Below the pieces are notes generated by a model. That model was not told the origin of the DNA, made no database searches, and saw nothing but the letters and a program-made list of their open reading frames with translations. From the IMG/VR virus record IMGVR_UViG_3300030085_002431, positions 186,614-250,613 of that record: 64,000 bases of DNA; one strand, written 5' to 3'. Below, in pieces: positions 31,121-40,370 of this stretch; the stretch's first letter is position 1, and the number at the start of each line of letters is the position of its first letter. A program made the translations under genes and the position numbers.

Positions 31121-31325
31121 TAATGAAAACGTCCCTTATGTTGAACTTGAACTAGACATTAGGGACGTTCGTGCTATATTTCAATCTATATCTGGAACGT
31201 TAGATACGTTTGCGGATAATAAAGATGAACCAGAAGAATATGAAACTCGTTTGGTTGCATTAGAGGATTTTCTGAGACGAGTTATCTTAGAATATAATTT
31301 CAAGGTGGAATCTACTGAGGAGTAA
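31110..31325 (+). CDS. Hypothetical protein
   Basis: 71 aa, acidic. Confidence 0.5.
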   Translation: MESDNENVPYVELELDIRDVRAIFQSISGTLDTFADNKDEPEEYETRLVALEDFLRRVILEYNFKVESTEE

Positions 31326-31329
31326 ACTA

Positions 31330-31521
31330 ATGTATGAAGAACTAAATTGTTTTGAAGAAGCACTAAAACACTTTGGAACTCGTGTTGAAGTCATTTGTGC
31401 TATGGAACTTGGTGGTAGAATTACTGCTGAAGATGCCTATCAAATGGTTAAAGATGAGTTGAAGGAAGTTAAAAAGTGTAGAAAACAATATAAAAAGGAA
31501 GGTATCTGTGGAAACGAATGA
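31330..31521 (+). CDS. Conserved cyanophage/cyanobacterial small protein
   Basis: FEEALKHFGTRVE...GG.I..EDAYQ motif. Confidence 0.65.
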   Translation: MYEELNCFEEALKHFGTRVEVICAMELGGRITAEDAYQMVKDELKEVKKCRKQYKKEGICGNE

Positions 31522-31678
31522 AGACTCTTTGAAGATTCATCAAAATGAAGATGGGTCTTTTGCTATTGAGTGGGATAAAAATGACCCACGATGGAATTTC
31601 ATGAACGGATTGACAAGTCAAGAAATTACTGATATCGTAGTGAAAGCAATTAAGGAGCAACTTGATGGCGACGGTTAG
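31508..31678 (+). CDS. Small hypothetical protein (56 aa, GTG start, not in ORF track)
   Basis: QNEDGSFAIEWDKNDPRW motif; fills the gap between coupled genes. Confidence 0.5.
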   Translation: METNEDSLKIHQNEDGSFAIEWDKNDPRWNFMNGLTSQEITDIVVKAIKEQLDGDG

Positions 31679-32147
31679 TGCGGATGGTTATTCTGTGAAT
31701 ATCAACATGGAACACGGTGAATTTCAAAAATTGGGTGAAATGAGCACACTTAATGATAAGTGGATTTATGAGTCCCCAGATGGGGGTAAGACAATCTATC
31801 GTCGTAAAGTTGGTTCCTCGCATGAAAGTCGTGAACTTTATGTTCAGGGAAAGTCTGAACATTATTATGATTATGACCGTAATGGGAATACTGAGAATCC
31901 ATTTACTCCTAGACCTATCTCCAGTGAAATTGAAACTACATGGGCAGAGATGGATGCAATGGAACCTCTAACTCCCACTCCTCTTAGTACACCCAAAAAA
32001 GTATGGATTGCTGAGATGGATACTGATGTGACTGTAAAAGTTCCTAGAGAAGCACTCAAGTCTCTTAATTGGAAAGAGGGTGATTCACTTCAATGGTCTA
32101 CTAATTCTGATGGTTCTTTGAGTTTGAGAAAACCTTATTCAGTATGA
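31662..32147 (+). CDS. Hypothetical protein with C-terminal AbrB/SpoVT-like domain
   Basis: IYESPDGGKT motif; VKVPREALKSLNWKEGDSL. Confidence 0.55.
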   Translation: MMATVSADGYSVNINMEHGEFQKLGEMSTLNDKWIYESPDGGKTIYRRKVGSSHESRELYVQGKSEHYYDYDRNGNTENPFTPRPISSEIETTWAEMDAMEPLTPTPLSTPKKVWIAEMDTDVTVKVPREALKSLNWKEGDSLQWSTNSDGSLSLRKPYSV

Positions 32148-33301
32148 ATGACAATTTAACAGAGAATAACTATATTATTATTCCTAATTTTATATCATAT
32201 TCAAGAGCAAAAAGTTTAGCAAAACAATTTAATATCTATTGTGCGGAAAATAATGTAGACAGTGATTTACAAGTACAAAATTGTTCTGCAAAATATGACT
32301 TTATACCATTTGTTGAACTTTTGGTAGAAAAAAATGTAGAAGTTAGTCAGTTAGTGGGAGAGCACGTTCTACCAACATATTCTTACGCTAGAAATTATAG
32401 AAATGGTAACGTACTTGCTGGGCATGTAGATAAACCTGGATGTGATATTTCACTAACCGTAAACTTAGAGTGTGATAAAGTATGGGATATATGGATTGAT
32501 ACACCACATGGTAGAGAATATGTTTCTCTAAACTCAGGTGATGCTATGTTATACCTTGGTATGAAAGCACAACATGGTAGGGAACCATTTGATGGAAAAT
32601 CATGCACTCAAGTATTTTTGCATTATGTAAGAAGCAATGGACCTTATTTTAGATGTTACTTTGATAAGGACTATGCAAAATCTAATGATGAAATTAAAAC
32701 CAATTCAATTGTCTCTGAGATTGATTCTAAAATAAGTAAAAGTCCTATTGTTGATTATATCAGAGTCTATGAAGGAGTATTCACATCAGAAGAGTGTAAA
32801 ACTATTTTGAATGAATATAAGAATGATAGTGGATGGGAAACTAGTAAAGTTGGTTTCAATGGCACAGAGGATAGTGATTATCGCAAATGTGATATACTGA
32901 ATATCTCAAACCAAAAGGTTATAGAAAAAAATCAAAGTGTAAGACTGGGCATTGATAATTTAATTCACAGAAAAGCAATTGGTGTTGCACAAAAATATGT
33001 CACAGAATTTCCATCATGCTGCTTAAGAACTGACAGTGGATATGATTTACTAAGATATAAGACTGGGGGATTTTTTAAGCAACATACTGACAGTTATCTG
33101 GAACAACCAAGAGCATTGGCAATGTCTATAAATCTAAATGATGACTATGAAGGTGGCAGTCTGGCATTCTTTGATGAAGAGGTAACTATTAAGGGTGGAC
33201 TTGGGTCTGTAATCATATTCCCTGCCAATTACATGTATCCACATCAAATTATGGAAGTAACCAAAGGGACAAGATATGCTATTGTCACTTGGTTGAGTTA
33301 A
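32144..33301 (+). CDS. Tandem two-domain 2OG-Fe(II) oxygenase (prolyl-4-hydroxylase-like)
   Basis: Domain 1: H.D..CDIS..HGR; domain 2: HTD..YEGG..FP...YPH...GTRY. Confidence 0.85.
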   Translation: MNDNLTENNYIIIPNFISYSRAKSLAKQFNIYCAENNVDSDLQVQNCSAKYDFIPFVELLVEKNVEVSQLVGEHVLPTYSYARNYRNGNVLAGHVDKPGCDISLTVNLECDKVWDIWIDTPHGREYVSLNSGDAMLYLGMKAQHGREPFDGKSCTQVFLHYVRSNGPYFRCYFDKDYAKSNDEIKTNSIVSEIDSKISKSPIVDYIRVYEGVFTSEECKTILNEYKNDSGWETSKVGFNGTEDSDYRKCDILNISNQKVIEKNQSVRLGIDNLIHRKAIGVAQKYVTEFPSCCLRTDSGYDLLRYKTGGFFKQHTDSYLEQPRALAMSINLNDDYEGGSLAFFDEEVTIKGGLGSVIIFPANYMYPHQIMEVTKGTRYAIVTWLS

Positions 33302-33328
33302 TGATATAATCTGTAAAACAAGATAATT

Positions 33329-33556
33329 ATGGCACTATCTAAATCGGTTGAAAATGCACTTAAAGATGCGGAGAACTCTTTGAGAGATGCTCTTGCATTT
33401 GCAGCAAGAGCAGAGAAACCATATATTGCAAAACACATTGCTGATATGGTTCATCAGATTGATACTCTCGTTAGTACTGATGCTCTTATAGATAAATTGG
33501 AAAACAGAAATCCTGGTGACAAAGGAATGTGGGGTCCAATGGTTGACTTTGAGTAG
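33329..33556 (+). CDS. Conserved cyanophage hypothetical protein
   Basis: MALSKSV...LRDALAFAARAEKP. Confidence 0.6.
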   Translation: MALSKSVENALKDAENSLRDALAFAARAEKPYIAKHIADMVHQIDTLVSTDALIDKLENRNPGDKGMWGPMVDFE

Positions 33557-33642
33557 TGTAAAGCAATCCCAAAGACAATCTAAAGAACGACCCGTTTCTC
33601 CCCGACTTGTGTTAGGATACTTACACACAAACAGAGGAAACT

Positions 33643-33849
33643 ATGACTCTACCCAAAGACAAGCAAATCAAACAAGACCATATTGAGTCTATGAAAATTG
33701 CGGTAGAGCAATATGATATTCGTGCAATTCATCCCGAAAGAATGGAAGAGTTTGCTGAGTACCTTGTGCAAAAACTAAAAGAACAAAATACAACTGTGGA
33801 ACCTGTACAACCCAAACCTTGGAGAAACGGAAATCCACTATCTGAATAA
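33643..33849 (+). CDS. Small hypothetical protein
   Basis: GAGG RBS; IRAIHPERMEEFA motif. Confidence 0.6.
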   Translation: MTLPKDKQIKQDHIESMKIAVEQYDIRAIHPERMEEFAEYLVQKLKEQNTTVEPVQPKPWRNGNPLSE

Positions 33850-34028
33850 AATAGAAAAATGACTACTTGCATCCTTGAACTACAGAATCAAATTCTAAGA
33901 CTAGAAGAAAGAGTTTTATCTCTTGAAGAAGAGTCTGTTATTCTACAATTACAATACGACCTTCAGAAAGACGTTCTGGATGCAGCATTTGACCTCTGAC
34001 TAAATAGTCAGAGGTATTTTTGTATCTG

Positions 34029-35840
34029 ATGCTTGACGAAGCAAGGAAAAGAGAAAAACTTGCTAACATGGCATTGTTGGCATCTCTTGGGTTGACTGCT
34101 GCTCAAAGTCAAAAAGACTTCTTGAGAACAGGTCACATTGAAGGTCCAGGTTCTGCTTTAATGCAGAGATTTGGGCAGAAGAGACGTGAGGCAGAAAGAA
34201 ACCTAGACCACGGTGCTATTTCTCAAGCAGCAAGAAACATCAAAGATAGTGGAGCAAGGAACAAGAAAGTGAAACAGCAAAAGAAATCACTCAAAGAGTT
34301 CATGCATCTTTCTGAGATGCGTAAGGAAGATAAGGTAAAGGGTAAGGGTAGAACTCCGTTATATAAAACTACTACTAAAAAACGTATTGAACCAGATGAA
34401 ACTGGTCATCTAAAAGTAAGAAGAATTAATAGAACAGTATTAGATTCCCCTGCTGACATGGGTAGATTCAAGCAGGGAATGAAAGACCCAACAGCACTTG
34501 GACCTGGCATTGATTCTGGTGGTGGTAGACATCCACATGGTGGTGGAGGTTCTGGTGCTAAGAAACCAGGAATTTTGAGAGGTAAGAAGAGAGTTCCTGG
34601 TGAAAAGAAACCAAGAAATAAAATGGTGGATGGTCCTGCACCAGCAGAAAAGGTTGCAAATAGAAGAGCAGCAAAGAAAGCTCAAGATAGAATGAATCGT
34701 GGACGTAGAGCATTTGAGGGATTCTCTAATTGGAGAGATGATTACTCACCACTAGAAGTTGAGTCATTTGATTTAATTACTAACAAACCTCTACAACCAA
34801 CAGAGGGCATTGGAAGTAAAATTCTCGATGAAAAGTGCTGGCCTGGATATGAAAAGAAAGGCATGAAAACAATGTTTGGTAAGAGGTATCCAAACTGCGT
34901 AAAAAAGAAAACAAGAAAGGAAGAGGTTGAACTTACTGAAAGAGCACCACTTACCCCACCACCCCCAGTACCATCTTCTAGTTCTTCTAGTGGTAAGGCA
35001 ACACTGTCTTCTTTCGGTCACGGTCGTCAATATGGTTCTTCATCAAGTAATACATCAAGACCTGCATCAAGACCTGCATCAAGACCTGCACCACGTCGTG
35101 CTCCACTTACCCCACCACCTCCAGTACCTAAACCAAAGTCTACAGGGGGTGTAGGAACTACTGATGATAACAAGAATGCAACAAGCATAAAGGTACAACC
35201 ATATCAAGCTAAAAAAGGTGATAGTTACGATAGGGAGCAACTTCAGCAACTTAAGGATACGAAGTGGTATCCAGATGGTCAGAAGCGTAAACCTAAATCT
35301 CGTGATGTGTATATAAAGAGAACTCCTGGAGATGGATTACCTCCAGTCAAAATTGATAAAGCAGGGCAACCCGTTCCAGGACAATATGGTGTAGTGGGGT
35401 ATAATGAAGAAGTTGAACTTGATGAGGTGACTCGTAGAGAAATCTCTCTTACTGGTGATGAAGATAAGAAGTTCAAATCACTTTTAGATAAAGCAAGGCA
35501 GTCAAAGAAGAAACCAGACTCTAATTATAAAAAGGAAGGTGGTCCTGTAAGATTATCTTACTTTGAACGCAAGAAAAAGTTCTTCAATAAAGAAGAATTA
35601 GAACTTGAAGAAGCAAAGGAAGCAAAGTCTTGTCCTTCTGGTAAGTATTGGTGCTACGACTCAAAAAAGTGTAAGACCATCCCTACGGGATGGTATGTAG
35701 GACGTGGTGGATACCTTGAGAAAGAGGAAGAAACAAAGAAAAAGAATGGCAATGGTAATGGAAATGGTGACCATGGTAGTAATGGTGGAAGTGATGGTGG
35801 CGGGAGCAATGGAGGTGGCAACGGAGGAGGTGGAGAATGA
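34029..35840 (+). CDS. Basic low-complexity late protein, probable internal head protein
   Basis: TAAATA at 34001; K/R-rich blocks separated by EEVELxE-type motifs; KCWPGY and CPSGKYWC modules. Confidence 0.6.
   Translation: MLDEARKREKLANMALLASLGLTAAQSQKDFLRTGHIEGPGSALMQRFGQKRREAERNLDHGAISQAARNIKDSGARNKKVKQQKKSLKEFMHLSEMRKEDKVKGKGRTPLYKTTTKKRIEPDETGHLKVRRINRTVLDSPADMGRFKQGMKDPTALGPGIDSGGGRHPHGGGGSGAKKPGILRGKKRVPGEKKPRNKMVDGPAPAEKVANRRAAKKAQDRMNRGRRAFEGFSNWRDDYSPLEVESFDLITNKPLQPTEGIGSKILDEKCWPGYEKKGMKTMFGKRYPNCVKKKTRKEEVELTERAPLTPPPPVPSSSSSSGKATLSSFGHGRQYGSSSSNTSRPASRPASRPAPRRAPLTPPPPVPKPKSTGGVGTTDDNKNATSIKVQPYQAKKGDSYDREQLQQLKDTKWYPDGQKRKPKSRDVYIKRTPGDGLPPVKIDKAGQPVPGQYGVVGYNEEVELDEVTRREISLTGDEDKKFKSLLDKARQSKKKPDSNYKKEGGPVRLSYFERKKKFFNKEELELEEAKEAKSCPSGKYWCYDSKKCKTIPTGWYVGRGGYLEKEEETKKKNGNGNGNGDHGSNGGSDGGGSNGGGNGGGGE
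35053..35090 (+). repeat. 12-bp tandem repeat x3 (CATCAAGACCTG; SRPA)
   Basis: Direct reading; flanked by a duplicated RAPLTPPPPVP-coding segment. Confidence 0.85.
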
Positions 35841-36604
35841 CTAGAAAGTTTCTCCATGAAATGCTAGACGAGGCAAGAAGTAAAGACCAGCAAATCAAAG
35901 GTCAGCAGGCAATGCTCGACCAAAAGATTAAAGCAGAGTATGATTCTATAACTAAAGACATTCCTCGGAAAAAGAAAAAAGTAACTACAGGAACTGGTGC
36001 TTCACCATATCAGGTTTATAAAGCACCTCCTGCTGGTAACTATGTTCCTGCACCAAAGAGAGTTTCTGAAGACTATAAGAATCTTCCTAGAGATAGAATG
36101 GCAAAACAATATGACAGGAAGAAAGATAAGAACTATGATGAGTTCCATAAGCAAAATCCTATGGGCATAGGACCAAGGGTTTCCAGAGGAAAGAGTGACA
36201 CTCAGATTGACCAACATGGCAATAGTAAAGAAACTAAGGCAATTAGTGGACAATTAAAGAACAATCCTAGATTCTATGATTCTAGTCATGAACAATGGCA
36301 GAGAATGCAATCCAAGTTCAAGAGTAAAAAGAACTCTGATGCTACTGGTGAAGTAGCAAGAAGATTAAATCCTAAATCTTATGGTGAAGAATATAAAAAT
36401 TTTCCTTCCGATAAAGTAGAGAGAAAACTTAAAAAGGTTGTGGATTCTATTGAGAAGAATCCAAAAGACCTCGGTTTTAAAAATACTCTTAAGAAGAGGA
36501 GAATTGGCAATCTAAAAGCAGAACTTTCTACTGACGAAAGGGAAAGAGAATCTCAATCTAAGTTCATAAGTAAAATAAATAAAAGAAAAGAAAGCAGACA
36601 ATGA
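35837..36604 (+). CDS. Basic late protein, probable internal head protein
   Basis: Internal repeat (S/G)E(D/E)YKN(L/F)P.D; K/R-rich. Confidence 0.55.
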   Translation: MTRKFLHEMLDEARSKDQQIKGQQAMLDQKIKAEYDSITKDIPRKKKKVTTGTGASPYQVYKAPPAGNYVPAPKRVSEDYKNLPRDRMAKQYDRKKDKNYDEFHKQNPMGIGPRVSRGKSDTQIDQHGNSKETKAISGQLKNNPRFYDSSHEQWQRMQSKFKSKKNSDATGEVARRLNPKSYGEEYKNFPSDKVERKLKKVVDSIEKNPKDLGFKNTLKKRRIGNLKAELSTDERERESQSKFISKINKRKESRQ

Positions 36605-36756
36605 AACCTACTCCAAGAGAAGCAAAAGTAATCCACGAGCACTACGAGAAGGTAGTTGAGCATCTCCTAGCAGAAGGATATGCAGAAGATAAAGAAGCAG
36701 CAGATAAGATTATCGAGGGAATGAGTGCTGCATGGTATAGTCTAATTGTAGACTGA
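36601..36756 (+). CDS. Small late protein (51 aa, not in ORF track)
   Basis: VVEHLLAEGYAED..AA..II.GMS..W motif; ATGA coupled. Confidence 0.55.
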   Translation: MKPTPREAKVIHEHYEKVVEHLLAEGYAEDKEAADKIIEGMSAAWYSLIVD

Positions 36757-36778
36757 GGACGGTCTGGTAACTGTCCAC
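36756..36778 (+). promoter_or_regulatory. Early-promoter palindrome copy 5
   Basis: AGGACG-N10-TGTCCAC, then TTGCCA...TGCTATGATTACTAGGTAAT. Confidence 0.65.
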
Positions 36779-36840
36779 AGACGTTGCCAGAGACCCCAAC
36801 CCATGCTATGATTACTAGGTAATCGAGAGAGGAACGACCA

Positions 36841-37071
36841 ATGCATTTCGTTGAGTTTACTCAATCTTCCGCAATCGCAAAGGTTGCGTTTGACCATGAT
36901 AATGGTGAAATTGGTGTTGCTTTTACTGCTGACCCCGACAAGTTTTACTTCTTTGAGTGTGACGATACGGATGGGTTTGTGACTAAACTTGAAGAGACAG
37001 TGAACAAAAACGAATCACTGGGACGGTTTATCTCCGAATTACGGAAAGACGGAACTCTAGTTTCCGTCTGA
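36841..37071 (+). CDS. KTSC-like small protein
   Basis: SSAIAKVAFD...V.F...S.GRF. Confidence 0.55.
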   Translation: MHFVEFTQSSAIAKVAFDHDNGEIGVAFTADPDKFYFFECDDTDGFVTKLEETVNKNESLGRFISELRKDGTLVSV

Positions 37072-37078
37072 CCTAAAC

Positions 37079-37150
37079 GGGACTGTCGCATATTGGTTAA
37101 TGCTCACTGCTTATAACGGTGTAAACTGGGTTCAATTCCCAGCAGTCCTA
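37079..37150 (+). tRNA. tRNA-Ile(UAU)
   Basis: Cloverleaf; anticodon arm CACTG-CTTATAA-CGGTG; T loop TTCAATT. Confidence 0.85.
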
Positions 37151-37330
37151 CTGAGGAACTTGAGACGTTCCCGACCAAAGGTGCCCAGCGGTTCGGATAT
37201 ACCGAAACCCTGTAGTTGGGAATCAGCCCCCTTTGGATATTTGCGGAGGACCTGCATCTTACTCCGTTACAAACTGTCAGTATGTTGGGTCTAGTGCCCC
37301 ATAGCAAGCATACGGATAAGTGTAATGTAT
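37151..37330 (+). ncRNA. Probable manA RNA motif
   Basis: ~180-nt GC-richer structured spacer between two tRNAs (e.g. TTCGG/CCGAA, CCAAAGG/CCTTTGG, GTATG/CATAC stems); manA RNAs are known next to cyanophage tRNAs; assignment from recall. Confidence 0.6.
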
Positions 37331-37414
37331 GGGAGTGTGGCGGAATCGGTAGACGCACCAGACTTAAAATCTGTTGGGAGTAATCCCGTGGGGGTTCAAG
37401 TCCCCCCACTCCTA
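37331..37414 (+). tRNA. tRNA-Leu(UAA)
   Basis: Cloverleaf with long variable arm; loop CTTAAAA. Confidence 0.92.
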
Positions 37415-37429
37415 CTATTTCATTTTATT

Positions 37430-38011
37430 ATGATTACAACTGAACAATTCAAAGAAATCTGCGAGACTCAAGTTGATTGGAATAAAGTCTTTGGCACTTT
37501 CCGAGATGTTTCTGAAGACCCTGGACTGAAGAGTAACTCTGATAACTTCTTCCGTTCAAAAGCATTTGAACTTGCTGTTTGTTGCTGTTCCCCATTCAAA
37601 TATGTGGATGAGGATGGTGTAGACTTTCACATGGAATATAATGGTGAAACTATTCGCATCGAACAGAAGGCACTGAAGGGTTTCTTTTATGGGAATGGTA
37701 AGTGTAAACAAGTTAAGATGAAAAACTATCGGGGTGATGTCAGTGAGGCAACATTCAACCGATACAAAACAGAAAACAAATTTGACTTCGTGATGATTGT
37801 TGATTACAAGAATCATAAAGTTGCCATCGCATCAAGAGAGACAGCACAGAAGTGTTATGTCAGTAAAGGTGATGGAGTGTTCTCCATGTTCACACCAAGT
37901 GATATGACTATTTTGAATCTAGACTTAGATTACTTTTCTTTTCCATCTTCTCAAATTCGTCTATCTGATGTGATAAATGATACTATAGTTAATTGGATTA
38001 GAGAAAGATGA
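37430..38011 (+). CDS. Putative PD-(D/E)xK restriction-like endonuclease
   Basis: GVDF...IEQK motif; start moved past the tRNA; upstream of an adenine MTase. Confidence 0.5.
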   Translation: MITTEQFKEICETQVDWNKVFGTFRDVSEDPGLKSNSDNFFRSKAFELAVCCCSPFKYVDEDGVDFHMEYNGETIRIEQKALKGFFYGNGKCKQVKMKNYRGDVSEATFNRYKTENKFDFVMIVDYKNHKVAIASRETAQKCYVSKGDGVFSMFTPSDMTILNLDLDYFSFPSSQIRLSDVINDTIVNWIRER

Positions 38012-38165
38012 TTAACCTATTCAAACTAAGCATTGCTAGAGGACGTTGGGGTGCTCTGAGCAGAGTAGATAAAGAATTGGTAAGAAATGCTTCCTTTGGC
38101 AAATTGATGGGAGCATGTTATATTAGAAGTAGTAGATTATCTTCCTGGAGTTGTAATACCTTAGA

Positions 38166-39008
38166 ATGAAACAATTTCCACTTAAAACATGTCTGCGGTA
38201 TCCAGGTGGCAAGAGTAAAGCACTGAAAACTCTTGCTCCCTGGTTTCCTAGTGACTTCAAAGAGTTTCGTGAACCATTTCTAGGTGGGGGTAGTATCTCC
38301 CTGCTCATCAGTCAGAACTATACGAGTTGCCCTATCTGGGTGAATGACAAGTATTTTTATTTGTATAATTTCTGGGTTCAACTTCGGGATAATGGTCTTG
38401 TATTAACAGAGAAACTGAGAAACATCAAACAAGAAGCTCTTGGTGATGATGAAGCACATAAAGAACTGTTCAAAAGGTATCAGAGTGACATTGAAACTCT
38501 GGAACCCATTGAGCAGGCAGTTGCTTTCTTCGTGATGAATAAGTGTTCTTATTCTGGTTTGACTGAGAACTCCACTTTCTCTGTTCAGGCATCACGTTCT
38601 AACTTCTCTCTTGTTGGTATTGATAAACTGCCAAAGTATTCTTATATTATTAGAAACTGGAAGATTACTAACATTGACTATGCTGAAGTAATGAATGCTC
38701 CAGGTGAAGATGCTTTTGTATTCCTCGACCCTCCTTACGACATTAAAGACTTTCTTTATGGTACTGGTCGTAAACTTCATAGTTCTTTCAGTCATGAAAG
38801 GTTTGCTGATGATGTGGACTCGTGCCCGCATCGGTTCATGATTACATATAACGTGAATGACTGGTTGTTGAACCGTTACAAGGAGTATAATCTCAATGAA
38901 TGGAAACTCCGTTATTCAATGGTACACAGGGGTCAGAAGGGCACACAGGACAATGTGAAGACTGAATTGCTGGTTACTAACTATGACCTGCCTGAGGTTG
39001 AAGTATAA
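38166..39008 (+). CDS. dam: DNA adenine methyltransferase (Dam/D12 class)
   Basis: LRYPGGKS, EPFLGGGS, FLDPPY, ELLVTNY. Confidence 0.9.
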   Translation: MKQFPLKTCLRYPGGKSKALKTLAPWFPSDFKEFREPFLGGGSISLLISQNYTSCPIWVNDKYFYLYNFWVQLRDNGLVLTEKLRNIKQEALGDDEAHKELFKRYQSDIETLEPIEQAVAFFVMNKCSYSGLTENSTFSVQASRSNFSLVGIDKLPKYSYIIRNWKITNIDYAEVMNAPGEDAFVFLDPPYDIKDFLYGTGRKLHSSFSHERFADDVDSCPHRFMITYNVNDWLLNRYKEYNLNEWKLRYSMVHRGQKGTQDNVKTELLVTNYDLPEVEV

Positions 39009-39034
39009 ATATACTTACGACCTGCTGAACGATA

Positions 39035-39769
39035 ATGAACCTCAACGACATTAACAATTTAACTAATAATATTCTTTCTGAGTCAACACACCAGAAAGAT
39101 GATTTCTTGAATCGTTGGCCTTACACTTCACCATATTTGGAAGAGAAGAAGAGTTACAAGTACAAGAATTGTGGATGTGGTAAGAACCCATGTGAAACTT
39201 ATGGTGATAAAGCAGAACCAGTATCTGAAGGTGCAACCCATAAAGGTCTCGAAAAGGTAGCAAGCAAGTTAGAGGGTGCAAGTAAAGCACATGCAAAACA
39301 AGCAGCAAAGATTAGAGACCATGTTGAAGACATGAAGGAAGAGAATCTTGCTGAAATTGCACCTGCTCTTGCTGGTGTTCTAAAAATGGGAGCAAAAGCA
39401 GCAGGAAAAGCAGCACTAAGAAAAGGTGCGATGAAGGTAGCAAACAAAGTTACTCAGAATCCTTCTGATGATGAGGAGATGAGTGAAGAACTCAATCCTA
39501 AACTCAAAGCAATTGATGCTAAGAATAAGGCAAGAGTTGAAGCAGAAGGTCGTGCCGCAGCAGCAGAAAGACAAAAGAGACGTGAATCTGCCGATGCTTA
39601 CAGAAAACATAAGAATGAAGTAATGGCAAAAGGTGGAAGACCTGTTGATGCACTTGATTCTTGGATGAGAAAGAAATTAGGTATGGAACATGTTGAGACT
39701 GTATCTAAACTCATCGAATCCAATCAATTCTCTGAAGAAGAACTACTTAAAATTATTGAATCAATGTGA
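39035..39769 (+). CDS. Late protein, probable internal head protein
   Basis: TATAAATA upstream; CGCGKNPCETYG; xSE/xEE motifs between basic blocks. Confidence 0.55.
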   Translation: MNLNDINNLTNNILSESTHQKDDFLNRWPYTSPYLEEKKSYKYKNCGCGKNPCETYGDKAEPVSEGATHKGLEKVASKLEGASKAHAKQAAKIRDHVEDMKEENLAEIAPALAGVLKMGAKAAGKAALRKGAMKVANKVTQNPSDDEEMSEELNPKLKAIDAKNKARVEAEGRAAAAERQKRRESADAYRKHKNEVMAKGGRPVDALDSWMRKKLGMEHVETVSKLIESNQFSEEELLKIIESM

Positions 39770-39784
39770 ACTAATATCATTATT

Positions 39785-40363
39785 ATGAATTTTGAAATAA
39801 TAAATGAAGACCTTTATTCGGTCACAGATTGTTTATCTTCGACCGATTTTTCATTGATTGATGATGAATTCAATTGTAGATATAATAATTGGTTATTTAC
39901 CAAAAAAGAAACTGATAGACCAGATTGGTATCCTTTAAGGGGATTTTTAGAAAAGAATGATACTGAGGATTGGAATCTAGGATATAATTTTCAATTAATT
40001 AGAGTAGGAACAACAATAAAATTACATTGTGAGCATTTGTTGAAAAAAAAGTTGCTCTTTAAAAGAGTGCATACAAACATACAATTTTTTGGACAAGAAT
40101 CTACATTTCATCAAGACACTGAAGAAAGAGAAAGTGGTAAAGATTGGTCTTTTTTAATTTTTGTTGATACTCATTGGAATACTGAACATGGTGGTGATTT
40201 TATTTGTATGTTAGAAAATGGTAAGTACAAAAATATTCCATTTATTCCTAATAACGGTGCTTTATTTAATTCTGTATTGGAACATAGAGGTGCTGCACCA
40301 AATGCACTTTGTTTACACAAACCAAGAAAAACTGTACAATTCTTATTTAATGAAATAGATTAA
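39785..40363 (+). CDS. 2OG-Fe(II) oxygenase
   Basis: FHQD, W....GG, PN.GALF.S..EH.G. Confidence 0.8.
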   Translation: MNFEIINEDLYSVTDCLSSTDFSLIDDEFNCRYNNWLFTKKETDRPDWYPLRGFLEKNDTEDWNLGYNFQLIRVGTTIKLHCEHLLKKKLLFKRVHTNIQFFGQESTFHQDTEERESGKDWSFLIFVDTHWNTEHGGDFICMLENGKYKNIPFIPNNGALFNSVLEHRGAAPNALCLHKPRKTVQFLFNEID

Positions 40364-40370
40364 TTTTGTT

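Noticed and set aside
37100-37429. ORFs 37100-37294 and 37104-37409, and the N-terminal extension from 37325
   Set aside because: Overlap tRNA-Ile, the structured spacer RNA and tRNA-Leu
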